DNA from: an uncultured bacterium
GTDB lineage: Bacteria; RBG-13-66-14; B26-G2; WVWN01
NCBI GenBank assembly: GCA_965602215.1
Contig: CBFCYS010000001.1
Location: 1 to 46,850, forward strand
Length of the DNA stretch: 46,850 bases
Direction: 5' to 3'
Shown: in pieces, positions 35,581-44,872 of the stretch
Layout: each line of letters starts with the position of its first letter
Position numbering within the stretch: position 1 is the first letter of the stretch
Made by a program: the position numbers and the translations under genes
The notes under the pieces: generated by a model
What the model saw: the letters and a program-made list of their open reading frames with translations, nothing else
Databases searched by the model: none
Told to the model about the DNA's origin: nothing

Positions 35581-38500
35581 ATGTCGGCCACTTGCCCCAA
35601 TTGCGGCCGGGCCCTGGCGCCGTCCGCGGCTTTTTGTCCCAACTGCGGCGTTAAAACCGGCGAAGCGGGGGGAGAAGCAGCCGCCGTGGCGGCCGAGCTC
35701 GCCGGCCTCGACGTACTAACCCCTTCCCTCTCGCCCGACGTGCTGGGCGAACTTACCGAAAAATTCCTCGCCGCCGCCGACGAAATAGCCAAAGAACGCG
35801 GCGGCACGGCCACCCGCGAAGGCCCCTCCACCGTTAACGTCAAATTCCCTCGCGACCTCGAGTCGCCGGCGGCCACGGCGGCTTCGTGTGCCCTGGTCCT
35901 CCGGGACGTTACCCGGAGCCTCCTGGCGACGTCGCCGAAGGACTTAAGTACCAACGCGTACTTGACGGTCGGCGTGGACGCGACCCCGCCGGAAACCGAA
36001 ACCGCCGGCGAACCGTCGTCACCCCGGGCAAAAGCCGAAAGGCTCCGAAGAAAAGCGGGCAAGTGGGTCATCCTCGCGGGCGAAGACGTCCACGATTTAA
36101 CGGCCGGCGACTTCAAGTACGTTCCGGTGGGCTTTTACCAAACGCGAGGAAGGAAACCCGCCGTAAAGATTTACGAATTGAAGGAAGACCGGCGGTACCC
36201 CACGTCCGCCCCGCCGATGCAGAAGTCGCCGTTCGTGGCCGTCGCCGGTTTCGAAGAAGCGATCGAGAATTCCTTCGCCGCCGTCCTCTCCACAGGACGG
36301 AGGCGGACGGTGTTCGTTACGGGCGCCACCGGAACGGGGAAAACCACCTGGCTAGCGGTAGCGTGCCGCGCGGCGCGGGCAAACGGTTTTCGGGTATACG
36401 CGTCTTCTTGTATGGAACGCCGGCGGTACGCGCCGTTCGCCCTCTGGGCCCCGATATGGCGCGAGGCGTTCGCCGACCTGGCGCCCGAAGTACCGCCGTC
36501 GAAAGCGGCGGCTCGAGCCCTTCAACAAATCGACGAAAGATTGGAGATTTGGGCGCCGCTGTTCTCGCAGGTCCTGGGCTTCCGGGCCGAACCGGACCCC
36601 CACGTCGCGGACGTAACCCCCGAATTCCGACACCGGCGGATTATAGAAATCACGAAAAGGTTGATCGTAGAAGCCGCCGCCGAAAAGCCGACCGCCGTAG
36701 TGTTGGACGACATACATTTCGCGGACGCGTCGTCTCGGGGCTTACTCGGTTCGCTGCTCGCCGCGCCGACGGACGTGCCGCTCGCGCTCGTGATCGCCTG
36801 CGAGACCTCCGACGACACTATCGAACGCGCCGCCGACGCGATACTATCGACCAGACCCTTTACCGAAAACGAAGTCGCCGCTTTCGCCGAAAATTTCGCC
36901 GATGCCGATGCCGAGGAAACCGGCGCGCTGCTCTACGCGGAAGGCAAAGGCCACCCCGAAATTCTCCAGCAGGTCTGGCTCGCGACGCGGGAAAAAACGG
37001 ACCTGAATATTAATTCGTTGGCGGCCGACGGTGAGTTGGAAGGCCCCGCGCTCGTGGCGCGCCGCCTACGCGATTTCGACAAACGTTGGCAAAACGCGAC
37101 GGCGGCCCTGGTAATGATGGGCGTTCCGGTCCGCGACGGAGACCTACGCGTTCTCGCGGCGGACGCTTTCGGTGCGGACGGGACCGCGGCCGAAGCCTGG
37201 CGCTATAAATTATACAAACTCGATTTACTCCGGCCCGCTTTGGGCGACGATGACTCCCTATACGTTCCGCCCCACCTCGCCTCAGCCGTGCTCGCCGCCG
37301 CCGCGCCGACGCCGGAAAGCCGAGCGACCGCGGCGCGAACCGCGGCCGCCTTCCTCGCCGAACGCTACCCGGGGGAACTGCCGGCCCGCGTCACACTGGA
37401 GCTCGCGGCCGGGAAGCCGCGGTCGGCGTACGACCTCGCCCGGGAGAACGTGGAACAAGCACGTTGGCTCGGCTCACCCCACGACGCCGTAGCTCAACTG
37501 ACGGCCGTCATCCACGAACTCGAAAGGGCGGCGCCCCAAGAAGAATCGGGTTTACAGCTACTACCGCGCTTATATCTTACTCGGGCGGAAGCGTTCTACG
37601 AAGCCGGCCTGGCCGCCGCCGCCCTCAACGACCTCGAAAAGATCGGAACCGAAGAAGGCGAATTGGCGGCGCGGCGTTTCTACACCCAAGGTCAGGTGTA
37701 CCTCCGCCGCAGTTACTTCCCGGAAGCCGAAACCGCGTTCCTCGAAACGCTGCAACTCGCCGCTCGCTTAAAAGATTACGACCTGGTCGCCGACGTGGAG
37801 CTGGCTTTGGCCGACCTGTTCCGTCAACAAGGCGACATCGCCAAGGCGACGTACGAGCTCGAGAAATCGTTGAAAGCCGACCGTGTCTCGTCGCCCCGGG
37901 CGTTCGAATTGCTCGCCGGCCTAAAGTACCGGGACGGTTACGTCGCCGACGCGGTACAGGCGGCGCAACGCAGTCTATCCTCGACCGATGCCGAACGTAA
38001 GCCCATAACCGCCGCCGGGGCCGCCCTCTCTTTGGCCCCCGTTTTCTTCGAATACGGCCGGGTACCCAACGCCCGCAGCCTAATCGCGAAAGCCCGCGAA
38101 GCGTTCGTCGTCGTGGGCGACAGGCGGGGGCAATGCAAGGCCTACGTACTCGAGGGGACCATCGACCTGGCTACCGAGGACCTGGCTACGACCGGAACGA
38201 CCTTCGACGAAGCGTTGCGTTTGGCCGAAGAGGAAGGGTTCGACTCGTGCGGCGTCGAAGCCGCCCTTGGCCTGAGCGTCGTACGCCTTTTCCAAAACGA
38301 CCCGGCGGCCCACCGCCGTCTTCTGGTCAAGGCCAAAGAGACGACCGCGGGGGATACGCGCTCGCCCCAGGCGGGCATCGACCTGGCCGAGGCGACCGCG
38401 TGCTTCGCGGCGGGGGATTACGACGACGCGTATCGTCTGGCCGACGCCGCGACCGGGGAGTGCCGGCGGACGGGCGACGCGTTTTCGTACGGCAGCGCTG

Positions 38501-38874
38501 CGGTCCTGGCCGCTCGGGCGGCGCTCGCGGCCGGTAAGCAGGAAAAGTGCCGCGAGGTCCTGGCGCAACCGGACCTCGACCGTCGCGCTCGGGAATCGAA
38601 AGTGTTCTTCGCGCGTTATAATCTGGCGGCGGGCGAGCTTTTTACCGCAGAGGCCGACCTGGAGCGGGCGCGGAAACATCTGGCGGCCGCGGCGGCCGCG
38701 GCCCGCGAGCTGGGCCTTTGGCTCGTTCGCAGCGAGTGTTATTTAAAACTGGCCGACATCGCCCCGCAAGAAAACGAACGCGAGAAGTACCGCCGGCGGG
38801 CGTTGTGGTTGCTCGAGAAAAAAGGCGCGACCCTCCTGGCGGGTAAAGTTAGGGAGAACATCGGGTTGTTATAA
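35581..38874 (+). CDS. Large STAND-type P-loop NTPase: N-terminal double zinc ribbon, degenerate cyclase-homology-like region, AAA_16-like NTPase, C-terminal TPR-like superhelix
   Basis: CPNCG..(9)..CPNCG at the N-terminus. Residues about 60-200 resemble a class III cyclase fold without the catalytic Asp pair (…YLTVGVDA…AERLRRKAGKWVILAGEDV…KIYEL). Walker A is VTGATGTGKTTWL and Walker B is VVLDDIHFAD. The C-terminal ~600 aa are Ala/Leu-rich helical repeats. Confidence 0.7.
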   Translation: MSATCPNCGRALAPSAAFCPNCGVKTGEAGGEAAAVAAELAGLDVLTPSLSPDVLGELTEKFLAAADEIAKERGGTATREGPSTVNVKFPRDLESPAATAASCALVLRDVTRSLLATSPKDLSTNAYLTVGVDATPPETETAGEPSSPRAKAERLRRKAGKWVILAGEDVHDLTAGDFKYVPVGFYQTRGRKPAVKIYELKEDRRYPTSAPPMQKSPFVAVAGFEEAIENSFAAVLSTGRRRTVFVTGATGTGKTTWLAVACRAARANGFRVYASSCMERRRYAPFALWAPIWREAFADLAPEVPPSKAAARALQQIDERLEIWAPLFSQVLGFRAEPDPHVADVTPEFRHRRIIEITKRLIVEAAAEKPTAVVLDDIHFADASSRGLLGSLLAAPTDVPLALVIACETSDDTIERAADAILSTRPFTENEVAAFAENFADADAEETGALLYAEGKGHPEILQQVWLATREKTDLNINSLAADGELEGPALVARRLRDFDKRWQNATAALVMMGVPVRDGDLRVLAADAFGADGTAAEAWRYKLYKLDLLRPALGDDDSLYVPPHLASAVLAAAAPTPESRATAARTAAAFLAERYPGELPARVTLELAAGKPRSAYDLARENVEQARWLGSPHDAVAQLTAVIHELERAAPQEESGLQLLPRLYLTRAEAFYEAGLAAAALNDLEKIGTEEGELAARRFYTQGQVYLRRSYFPEAETAFLETLQLAARLKDYDLVADVELALADLFRQQGDIAKATYELEKSLKADRVSSPRAFELLAGLKYRDGYVADAVQAAQRSLSSTDAERKPITAAGAALSLAPVFFEYGRVPNARSLIAKAREAFVVVGDRRGQCKAYVLEGTIDLATEDLATTGTTFDEALRLAEEEGFDSCGVEAALGLSVVRLFQNDPAAHRRLLVKAKETTAGDTRSPQAGIDLAEATACFAAGDYDDAYRLADAATGECRRTGDAFSYGSAAVLAARAALAAGKQEKCREVLAQPDLDRRARESKVFFARYNLAAGELFTAEADLERARKHLAAAAAAARELGLWLVRSECYLKLADIAPQENEREKYRRRALWLLEKKGATLLAGKVRENIGLL

Positions 38875-38908
38875 AACGGCGGTGAATAGGGCGTTTAATT
38901 TCAAAGAT

Positions 38909-38920
38909 CGGTACGTACCG
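38909..38920. repeat. Perfect 12-bp palindrome CGGTACGTACCG
   Basis: Self-complementary and located 48 nt upstream of the candidate mglBA -35. Confidence 0.3.
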
Positions 38921-38967
38921 AACGGCGGCGGCATAGGCCGAATTCCAACTTTTATAGCAAAAAAATC

Positions 38968-38996
38968 TTGACTTGGTAGCGTTTTTATATTTTAAT
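38968..38996 (+). promoter_or_regulatory. Candidate promoter of mglB-mglA in an AT-rich 200-nt spacer
   Basis: TTGACT-17 nt-TTTAAT. The leader to ATG 39099 is about 100 nt. Confidence 0.45.
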
Positions 38997-39098
38997 GGAA
39001 AACGTCAAGAAACGTAATTTAAACTCAGGCCATAACGCCTTTTATATATGACCCACGCGCCGGCGACCCCTTAAGTGGCCGTACGCGAGGTGAGGTTT

Positions 39099-39599
39099 AT
39101 GCCTGGTATGGAACTCGTCCTATTCGAAGAAGATTACACAAGCCTTAACGAGATATTGGCTACGCTCGTCCGCGAAACCAATTCCAAGTTCGCGCTGTTG
39201 GTGGACCGCTCGGGGCAGCTGGTCTCCAGCCAGGGCGACACCGAGAATATGGACTCGTTGTCCTTCGCGTCGCTCTCGGCGGGCAACTACGCCGCGACCA
39301 GCGAGCTCTCGAAAATCCTGGGCCAGGAGGAGTTCTCAGTACTCTTCCACCAGGGCACCAGCGAATCGATACATCTATCCATAGTAGCCAAACGCGTTAT
39401 CCTGGTCGTGGTCTTCGATAACAAGACTACGTTAGGGTTGGTTCGGCTTCGAGTTAAAAAGGCGGTAGAAGAACTCTCGGGTATATTTAACCGCATCTTC
39501 CAAAAAGTCGCGGAACGCGGCATCGAAGCGCCTTCGCCGCTGGGCGAAACCTTCTCGAGCGTCGCCGAAAGCGAGATAGACAACCTCTTCAAAGATTAA
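39099..39599 (+). CDS. mglB: Roadblock/LC7-domain GTPase-activating protein MglB
   Basis: MELVLFEEDYTSLNEILATLVRETNSKFALLVDRSGQLVSSQGDT...LVVVFDNKTTLGLVRLRVKKAVEELSGIF closely parallels Myxococcus MglB (…VVFLVDKNGQLISSAGQT…LVVIFDNRTSLGLVRLRIKKASDEL). The start could be 39075, 39099 or 39108. Confidence 0.85.
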   Translation: MPGMELVLFEEDYTSLNEILATLVRETNSKFALLVDRSGQLVSSQGDTENMDSLSFASLSAGNYAATSELSKILGQEEFSVLFHQGTSESIHLSIVAKRVILVVVFDNKTTLGLVRLRVKKAVEELSGIFNRIFQKVAERGIEAPSPLGETFSSVAESEIDNLFKD

Positions 39600-39630
39600 A
39601 AGGTCCTTACCCGCGGCCGGGGGTTCGGCT

Positions 39631-40224
39631 ATGTCCCTAATCAACTATTCCTCTCGCGAAATAAACTGCAAGATCGTTTATTACGGTTGCGGTCTTTGCG
39701 GCAAAACGACCAATCTCCTGTACATCCACGAGAAACTCCCCCACGACATCAAGGGGAAGATGGTCTCGTTGGCCACCGATACCGACCGGACCCTCTTCTT
39801 CGACTTCTTACCCCTCGAGCTGGGAACGGTGAACGGCTTCAAAACGCGCTTCCACCTTTATACCGTACCCGGCCAGGTCCACTACGACGCCTCCCGCAAA
39901 CTAATACTGAAGGGCGTGGACGGTATCGTCTTCGTCGTGGACTCCCAGCGCAACCGCTTCGACGAAAACATAGAATCGTTCGAGAATATGATAAAGAACC
40001 TCCAGCTCCAAGGGTACCGGTTGGATAGCATCCCTTATATATTCCAATACAACAAGCGCGATTTGCCTAACTGCTCGCCGGTGGAACAGCTCGAGGCCGC
40101 GCTCAATAAAGACCAGGTACCGTGCTTCGAATCGATCGCCACTACCGGCATCGGCGTATTCGATTCCCTGCGCGCGATCTCGAAGCTCGTTATTGCGCAT
40201 CTCTCGCGCCAAACGGCCCGTTAA
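39631..40224 (+). CDS. mglA: Ras-like small GTPase MglA
   Basis: MSLINYSSREINCKIVYYGCGLCGKTTNL...TDRTLFFDFLPLELG...GFKTRFHLYTVPGQVHYDASRKLILKGVDGIVFV.DSQ...QYNKRDLP is nearly collinear with M. xanthus MglA. The P-loop reads GCGLCGKT where Myxococcus has GPGLCGKT. Confidence 0.92.
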   Translation: MSLINYSSREINCKIVYYGCGLCGKTTNLLYIHEKLPHDIKGKMVSLATDTDRTLFFDFLPLELGTVNGFKTRFHLYTVPGQVHYDASRKLILKGVDGIVFVVDSQRNRFDENIESFENMIKNLQLQGYRLDSIPYIFQYNKRDLPNCSPVEQLEAALNKDQVPCFESIATTGIGVFDSLRAISKLVIAHLSRQTAR

Positions 40225-40303
40225 TTAGAAACTCGCTAGAATCCCGGCGGCGGGCGGCGGTGCCCGGGTACTGTCGTGAGCCGCCGTTTTGCAAGTCCTC
40301 GCT

Positions 40304-41368
40304 ATGGGCTTAGACGGCAATTTAGAAGACTTCCCGCTCGCCGACGTGCTGCAGCTCATAAACATGGGTTCGCGCACCGGCTTACTCGTCATATCCAAAA
40401 ATAATTCCTCGGCCCGCATATGGTTCGAACAGGGCCAGGCCGTACACGCCGAAGTCGGCGAATTGGACGGCGAAAAGGCCGTCTACGAAACCTTCAATTG
40501 GCGGGAGGGGCGTTTTACCTTCGAGACCGACTCTAAGACCGACCTAAGGACGATCGAGCTAGATTGCCAGAACTTGATTATGGAGGCGGTCCGCCGACTC
40601 GACGAATGGACCAAATTACGGAAGATAATCCCAAACTCCGGCTACGTCGTCGCCTTCGCCGCCGGCCCCGGCGACAAGGCCGGCAACATTACGCTCCAGG
40701 CCCACGAGTGGAAAGTACTATCCCTGGTCAACAGCGGCCTTAGCGTCTCCGCCCTCGCCGAGAAGACGGGTTTCTCGGAACTTAAAACCACGCAAATCAT
40801 CCACTCTCTTATAGACTCGGGCCTGCTCGAAGTCCACGCGCCCAACAGCAAACCGGCTCCCCCCTCCGAAGAACAGGCGCGCGTAAAAAGCCTGCGCGAG
40901 TTTCTCAAGGGCGTCGAACAACCCGGCTCGCGCGGCTGGCGCGAAGCCGCGGGTCCCGGCGCTAAAACCAACGTCGGCGTATTGGCCCTATTCATCAACT
41001 CGCTGCTCGATAACTTCGACAAACCCAACGGCCTGTACAACGCCGTGAAACAGGACAAACCGTTGCGCGAGCGGATATCCGAGCAAGCAGAACGCTATCC
41101 CCAAGTGGAGATAATCAAACTCGACGACGACCGCGTCGACGTAGGCCGACTGGACGAAGAAATCGAAGCCCTCGACGATCTGGGCAAGAAGAACCTCATC
41201 GTCGCGCTCGCCGAAGTCAAAGAACAAATAATGACGACCGCCGAGAAACAAACCAACAAGATAGCCGCGGCGCGGCGCCACAACAAAGTGTTGGAGTATG
41301 TCTTCGGCCCCAACGGCACGCCCCAGAACATAGGCCTGGGCAGCATCCTTGAAAAGGAAGCCCCCTAG
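40304..41368 (+). CDS. DUF4388 (PATAN) domain protein with a central winged-helix-like segment
   Basis: I trimmed to ATG 40304. GNLEDFPLADVLQLINMGSRTGLLVI....ARIWFEQGQAVHA..G.L.GEKAVYETFNWREGRFTFE is the DUF4388 signature. EWKVLSLVNSGLSVSALAEKTGFSELKTTQIIHSLIDSGLLEV looks wHTH-like. Confidence 0.7.
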   Translation: MGLDGNLEDFPLADVLQLINMGSRTGLLVISKNNSSARIWFEQGQAVHAEVGELDGEKAVYETFNWREGRFTFETDSKTDLRTIELDCQNLIMEAVRRLDEWTKLRKIIPNSGYVVAFAAGPGDKAGNITLQAHEWKVLSLVNSGLSVSALAEKTGFSELKTTQIIHSLIDSGLLEVHAPNSKPAPPSEEQARVKSLREFLKGVEQPGSRGWREAAGPGAKTNVGVLALFINSLLDNFDKPNGLYNAVKQDKPLRERISEQAERYPQVEIIKLDDDRVDVGRLDEEIEALDDLGKKNLIVALAEVKEQIMTTAEKQTNKIAAARRHNKVLEYVFGPNGTPQNIGLGSILEKEAP

Positions 41369-41440
41369 CCGGGACCGAAAACGCCGCCCGCCGAAGCGCA
41401 GCGCCCGCCAGGGCGATTTTTAATACCGGGACGTTCAACC

Positions 41441-43414
41441 TTGCCTAAAACTCATCTAAACCCTTCCCAGGAACGGGTGGTCGCGGCGCCCCCCGGGGCG
41501 ATGGTGGTCGTCGCGGGAGCGGGCTCGGGCAAAACCCGCGTCATAACGGAACGCATTATCCACCTCATCTCGAAGCGGGGCGTGCCGCCGGCCAACATCC
41601 TGGCCGTTACTTTTACGAATAAGGCCGCCCAGGAAATGCAGCGGCGCGTCGAAGCGACGTTGGGATACCGGCCCGCCGTAACGGTCGGTACGTTCCACGC
41701 CACCGGCGCGCGTATACTACGCGCCGAAACGCGCTACACCGCCGGCCGCGCCGACCGGAACTTCGTCATCTTCGACGCCGGCGACACCGAGGCCGCTATA
41801 AAAAAGATAGCCAACAAATGGACGCTCCCCGCCGAGCAGTTCCACTATAAACGGCTGGCCGCGGCTATAGAGGCCGCCAAGCGCGAACTGACTCCGGCCG
41901 AGGACTACCCTCGCTCCGACGGCTACCGCGAGACCTTGGCCGACGTCTACGCCGCCTACCAAAACATCCTTCGCGAGAACAACGCGTACGACTTCGGCGA
42001 CCTCTTAATGGAGTTGGCCTTTCTCTTCCGCCGCGAACGCGACGTCCTGGAGCGTTGGCGGGAACGCTACCAACATATCCTCGTCGACGAGTACCAGGAC
42101 ACGAATTTCGCCCAGTACGAGCTGCTCCGGCTGCTGGGCGAGAAGTACCGCCAGATATGCGTCGTGGGAGACCCGGACCAGTCGATATACCGGTGGCGGG
42201 GGGCGGATATAACCAACTTTCAACGGTTCGCGCGCGCCTTCCCCGAAGCGCGTTCCTACACGCTGGAGCAAAACTACCGCTCGCACCAGGGCGTCCTGGA
42301 CGCGGCCAACGCCCTTATAAGATTCAACACCCAAAGCCGCTACGCCAAAGAGCTGTGGAGCGACCGCCCGGCGGAAGTGAAGCCGGCCGTCGTCCAATGC
42401 TACGACGAACGACACGAGGCGCTCCGCGTTGCCCACGCGGTCGAAGACGCGCGCGCCAACTACGGCCTGGAGTACCGCGACTGCGCCGTGCTCTACCGGG
42501 TGAACGCGCAATCCCGCGTCTTCGAGGAAGTTTTGGCCAAAACCGGCGTGCCGTTCCAGATCGTCGGCGGCACGCGCTTTTACGAACGCCGCGAAGTTAA
42601 GGACGCGCTCGCCTACCTGCGATTGATTCACAACAGCAACGACGCCGTCGCTTTCGCCCGCGTAGTCAACGTGCCGCCGCGCGGCGTGGGCGCCGCGTCG
42701 TCCAAGAAAATAGAGGACAACCGGCGGGGACGTCCGCCGCTCGAGGCCGTGGCCGACGAAACGCTGCTGGCGGAACTCCCGGCCCGCGCCGCTACCGGCC
42801 TGCGCCGCTTCGTGGGGTTAATAAGCGAGCTGGCCGGCGAAGCGGACTCCAAACCTCCCAGCGAGATCCTCGCCGCCGTCGTCGAGAGAAGCAGCTACCT
42901 GGCCTGGCTGGCCGAGCAGGAAGAAGTTAAAGGGGAAGCGCGCGCCGAAAACGTCAGGGAATTGATTAACGCCGCGGCCGAATTCGAGAGCGAGCACCCG
43001 CAGGCGACCTTGACCGAGTTCCTGGAGGCCGTCGCCCTCGTGAGCGACATCGACAGCTACGACGCCGACGCCGACCGCGTTTCGCTGATGACGCTGCATA
43101 CCGCCAAAGGGTTGGAGTTCGGCGCCGTATTCATGGTCGGCCTCGAGGAACGCCTCCTTCCCCACGCCAACTCGCTCGCCGAGGCGGCGGAGCTCGAAGA
43201 AGAACGTCGGCTTTGCTACGTCGGCGTTACGCGCGCCAAGGACCTCTTGTACCTGTCGTTCGCCGGAGCGCGGAGCGTCGCCGGCGTAACGGAACCGCGC
43301 GAGAGGTCGCGCTTCCTGCGCGAAATCGGCGACGGCTGCTTGACCGAATTGGAGCCTTTGGACGTAGACGACGTTATACAATACGAACCGTGGGGCGGCC
43401 GCGGCCGCCCTTAA
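41441..43414 (+). CDS. pcrA: ATP-dependent DNA helicase, UvrD/PcrA/Rep family (SF1)
   Basis: 657 aa. It has AGAGSGKTRVI (motif I), ILAVTFTNKAA, ILVDEYQDTN, YRWRGA, NYRS and TLHTAKGLEF....V. TTG start. Confidence 0.9.
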   Translation: MPKTHLNPSQERVVAAPPGAMVVVAGAGSGKTRVITERIIHLISKRGVPPANILAVTFTNKAAQEMQRRVEATLGYRPAVTVGTFHATGARILRAETRYTAGRADRNFVIFDAGDTEAAIKKIANKWTLPAEQFHYKRLAAAIEAAKRELTPAEDYPRSDGYRETLADVYAAYQNILRENNAYDFGDLLMELAFLFRRERDVLERWRERYQHILVDEYQDTNFAQYELLRLLGEKYRQICVVGDPDQSIYRWRGADITNFQRFARAFPEARSYTLEQNYRSHQGVLDAANALIRFNTQSRYAKELWSDRPAEVKPAVVQCYDERHEALRVAHAVEDARANYGLEYRDCAVLYRVNAQSRVFEEVLAKTGVPFQIVGGTRFYERREVKDALAYLRLIHNSNDAVAFARVVNVPPRGVGAASSKKIEDNRRGRPPLEAVADETLLAELPARAATGLRRFVGLISELAGEADSKPPSEILAAVVERSSYLAWLAEQEEVKGEARAENVRELINAAAEFESEHPQATLTEFLEAVALVSDIDSYDADADRVSLMTLHTAKGLEFGAVFMVGLEERLLPHANSLAEAAELEEERRLCYVGVTRAKDLLYLSFAGARSVAGVTEPRERSRFLREIGDGCLTELEPLDVDDVIQYEPWGGRGRP

Positions 43415-43432
43415 AACGTCGGAGCAGACGAT

Positions 43433-43747
43433 ATGGATGCGGAAGAAGAGAGAATTAAAATCATCCGGCGTATGATTCGGGAAGCGTACCTGGCGCTCCC
43501 GGGCGAAGAAGAGGAGAACCTGGCGCGCGAGGTCACCGGCCTGCTCGAAAACGTGGAGATATTGGCCGCGCTGGACGTCGAGGAAGGGCCGCCGCCGCCG
43601 GCTTTGGAACCATCGGAATTGCGGCCCGACGAAGTAGGGCCGTCGCTCCCCGTCGACGGCGCGCTGGCAAACGCGCCCGAAGGCCACGACGGCTTTGTCT
43701 CCGTACCCAAAGTGTTGGCGCCCGAAGAAAAAGGTGACGATAAATGA
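43433..43747 (+). CDS. gatC: Asp/Glu-tRNA amidotransferase subunit C
   Basis: 104 aa. ...LRPDEVGPSLPVDGALANAPEGHDGFVSVPKVL matches the GatC C-terminal consensus (…REDE…NAP…DG.F.VP.V.). Confidence 0.8.
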   Translation: MDAEEERIKIIRRMIREAYLALPGEEEENLAREVTGLLENVEILAALDVEEGPPPPALEPSELRPDEVGPSLPVDGALANAPEGHDGFVSVPKVLAPEEKGDDK

Positions 43748-44865
43748 AAACCGTTCGTCTCGTCGCTACCGCCGCGCTCGCCGTCTTCTCCGCCTGCACC
43801 GCGCCCGAGAAAGGCGAGCCGACCGCGGAGACGGCCGCCGCGCCCGAAGAAGTCCCGGTCATAGAGACGCTTAAAGCGCCGACCGCCGACGCGGATATCA
43901 AATGGGAGGAGTGGGCGCCCGCGGGGGCGGCCGACGCGAAGCTGGATTGGCCGGCGGGTATCGCCCGCGCCCGGGGCGCGTTGTATCTCGTCGGCACGCG
44001 CGCGTTAAAACGCGCCGCCGGCCCGGGCCCGCGAGCCGAGATCGTATTTATTAAGGTGACTCCCGACGGCCTGGACGAAGTCGCGGCCTACCCGAGCTAT
44101 TTCGGCGAACGCGCGAGCGCCGCCGTAACGGCGGGACCCGGCGGCCGAGTGTGGTTCGTCGGCGGCATGTATACGCCGCCGCCTATAAAGTTGGCGCCCG
44201 AAGGGCAGCTGGATTTCGCCGAGCTGAGCATGCCCGTCGGCGACGTATTCACCTGGGACCCGGTAACGAAAGACGTTAAGCTGGAGACTTATTTACCGGC
44301 GCCGCGCGGCGACGCCACGGCCTTTTTCGCCGACGGGGAATTATACGTCGTCGCCGGTAAGTACGACCCCGCGGACCCGGCCGACGACAACAACCGCCAG
44401 GTACACCGCTATAACCCGCGCGACGGCCTGTGGACCAAACTGCACGACCTCCGGGTACCGCTCGCTCGAGCCGCGGCGGCCGTCGCCGGAGGGGGCCTCT
44501 ACGTAATCGGCGGCACGCAGCTCAAACCGGAGCACGTCACCAACGCCGTCCGTCGATACGACCTCGTCGTGTATAAATGGCAGACGCTGCCGCAACTCCC
44601 GCGCCCGCGCGCCGGCGCCGGCGCGTTCGCCGCAGGCAATTATATATACGTCGTCGGCGGCTGCGAAGCCGAACCCTTCGACTCGCCGCCGCGGATGGCC
44701 GTTAAATCCTACCGCTACGATTTGAAAGAGAAGAGGTGGGAGGAACTCCTCTCCCCCCTTCCCGAAGGGTGTTCGCTGGCAACGTACGACGGCTCGTACT
44801 TCTACCTGGTGGCCGCTCATAAAACTTACCGCGGCCGCATCGTACGGGCCGAAGGTCGGAGTTAA
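43744..44865 (+). CDS. Lipoprotein with Kelch-type beta-propeller repeats
   Basis: Lipobox AVFSAC at residues 14-18. It has repeated ...G(G/E)LYV(V/I)GG... blades. The start overlaps the gatC stop (ATGA). Confidence 0.6.
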   Translation: MKTVRLVATAALAVFSACTAPEKGEPTAETAAAPEEVPVIETLKAPTADADIKWEEWAPAGAADAKLDWPAGIARARGALYLVGTRALKRAAGPGPRAEIVFIKVTPDGLDEVAAYPSYFGERASAAVTAGPGGRVWFVGGMYTPPPIKLAPEGQLDFAELSMPVGDVFTWDPVTKDVKLETYLPAPRGDATAFFADGELYVVAGKYDPADPADDNNRQVHRYNPRDGLWTKLHDLRVPLARAAAAVAGGGLYVIGGTQLKPEHVTNAVRRYDLVVYKWQTLPQLPRPRAGAGAFAAGNYIYVVGGCEAEPFDSPPRMAVKSYRYDLKEKRWEELLSPLPEGCSLATYDGSYFYLVAAHKTYRGRIVRAEGRS

Positions 44866-44872
44866 ATCCGCT

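Noticed and set aside
35581-38874. Calling the STAND/TPR protein an Avs-like antiphage sensor or a functional nucleotide cyclase
   Set aside because: No nuclease, TIR, SIR2 or protease effector domain is recognisable. The cyclase-like region appears to lack the catalytic Asp pair, and no cNMP-binding effector is adjacent. It is kept only as an open question.
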